Source: an uncultured archaeon
GTDB lineage: Archaea; Asgardarchaeota; Hermodarchaeia; Hermodarchaeales; Hermodarchaeaceae
Assembly (NCBI GenBank): GCA_964347045.1
Contig: CAYFXC010000006.1
Span: 40,047 to 100,414 of the forward strand
Reading direction: 5' to 3'
DNA length: 60,368 bases
Shown here: one piece after another, positions 59,920 through 60,368 of the stretch
Position numbering within the stretch: the first letter of the stretch is position 1
Layout of the letters: every line of letters begins with the position of its first letter
Notes under the pieces: generated by a model
Told to the model about the DNA's origin: nothing
The model's input: only the letters and a program-made list of their open reading frames with translations
The model's database searches: none
Program-made: the position numbers and the translations under genes

Positions 59920-60368
59920 ATGAGCAGCACTACTGAAAGATGGTTTTGGCTTGATTGGCTTAGAGTTATTGCAATGGGCACGATTTTTTTATATCACAGT
60001 GGAAGACCCTTTATCTTTATTCCATGGCACATTACAAATTCCGGACCACCAGATATGGCATTTACAATCTCGAATATCTTCGTGACAGGATGGATCATGC
60101 CGCTCTTTTTCACAGTCAGCGGGATAGCGACTTACTTCTCTCTATCACGGAGGAGTCCTGGGCAATATGCTAAGTCGAGATTTCTACGATTGATGGTTCC
60201 CTTTATTTTTGCTATGTTTGTAGTAATTCTCCCAGTACATAGTTACTTTGATGCTGTATTCAATGGTTCCTATACTGGATCCTTTATTGAATACTACTTT
60301 TGGATTTACTTCCTTTATGCTTTCCCTTTCGATTTTGTCCCCAAGCCGACCTATTTTGCTATAGCAAA
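59920..60368 (+). CDS. Acyltransferase-3 family (OpgC/MdoC-like) membrane acyltransferase, 3'-truncated
   Basis: Translated by hand (absent from ORF track): MSSTTERWFWLDWLRVIAM..YH..., W.MPLFF.VSG, RF.RL.VP. Confidence 0.85.
   Translation, partial: MSSTTERWFWLDWLRVIAMGTIFLYHSGRPFIFIPWHITNSGPPDMAFTISNIFVTGWIMPLFFTVSGIATYFSLSRRSPGQYAKSRFLRLMVPFIFAMFVVILPVHSYFDAVFNGSYTGSFIEYYFWIYFLYAFPFDFVPKPTYFAIA

Overview
60-kb archaeal chromosomal segment, most likely from an Asgard-type archaeon. This is inferred from a Rab/Ras-fold gene, a tandem Lrp-type regulator and archaeal TATA/GGTGA signals; taxonomy is not proven. It is an accessory region of about 60 genes with no rRNA, tRNA, CRISPR array or intact transposase. 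Content is dominated by detoxification, efflux and DNA-damage functions: two ABC exporters, two MFS, GNATs, flavoproteins, three ICMT/PEMT-type methyltransferases, three BtrH/C39-like proteins, two GyrI-like proteins, AlkD- and AlkZ-type glycosylases, an SPL-like radical SAM, and APH- and ANT(6)-like enzymes. Highlights: (1) a 1641-aa double-length UvrA whose halves have complementary domain losses, translationally coupled to a prenyltransferase/cyclase-fold gene; (2) two diverged ~240-bp non-coding structured repeats (4225-4461, 4920-5169), each bracketed by its own exact 13-bp direct repeat; (3) a Rab-like pseudo-GTPase; (4) an uncharacterised 588-aa protein paired with a stand-alone LarC C-terminal domain; (5) clear tandem palindromic operators and several decayed genes. 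All family calls are by motif recognition, with no database searches.
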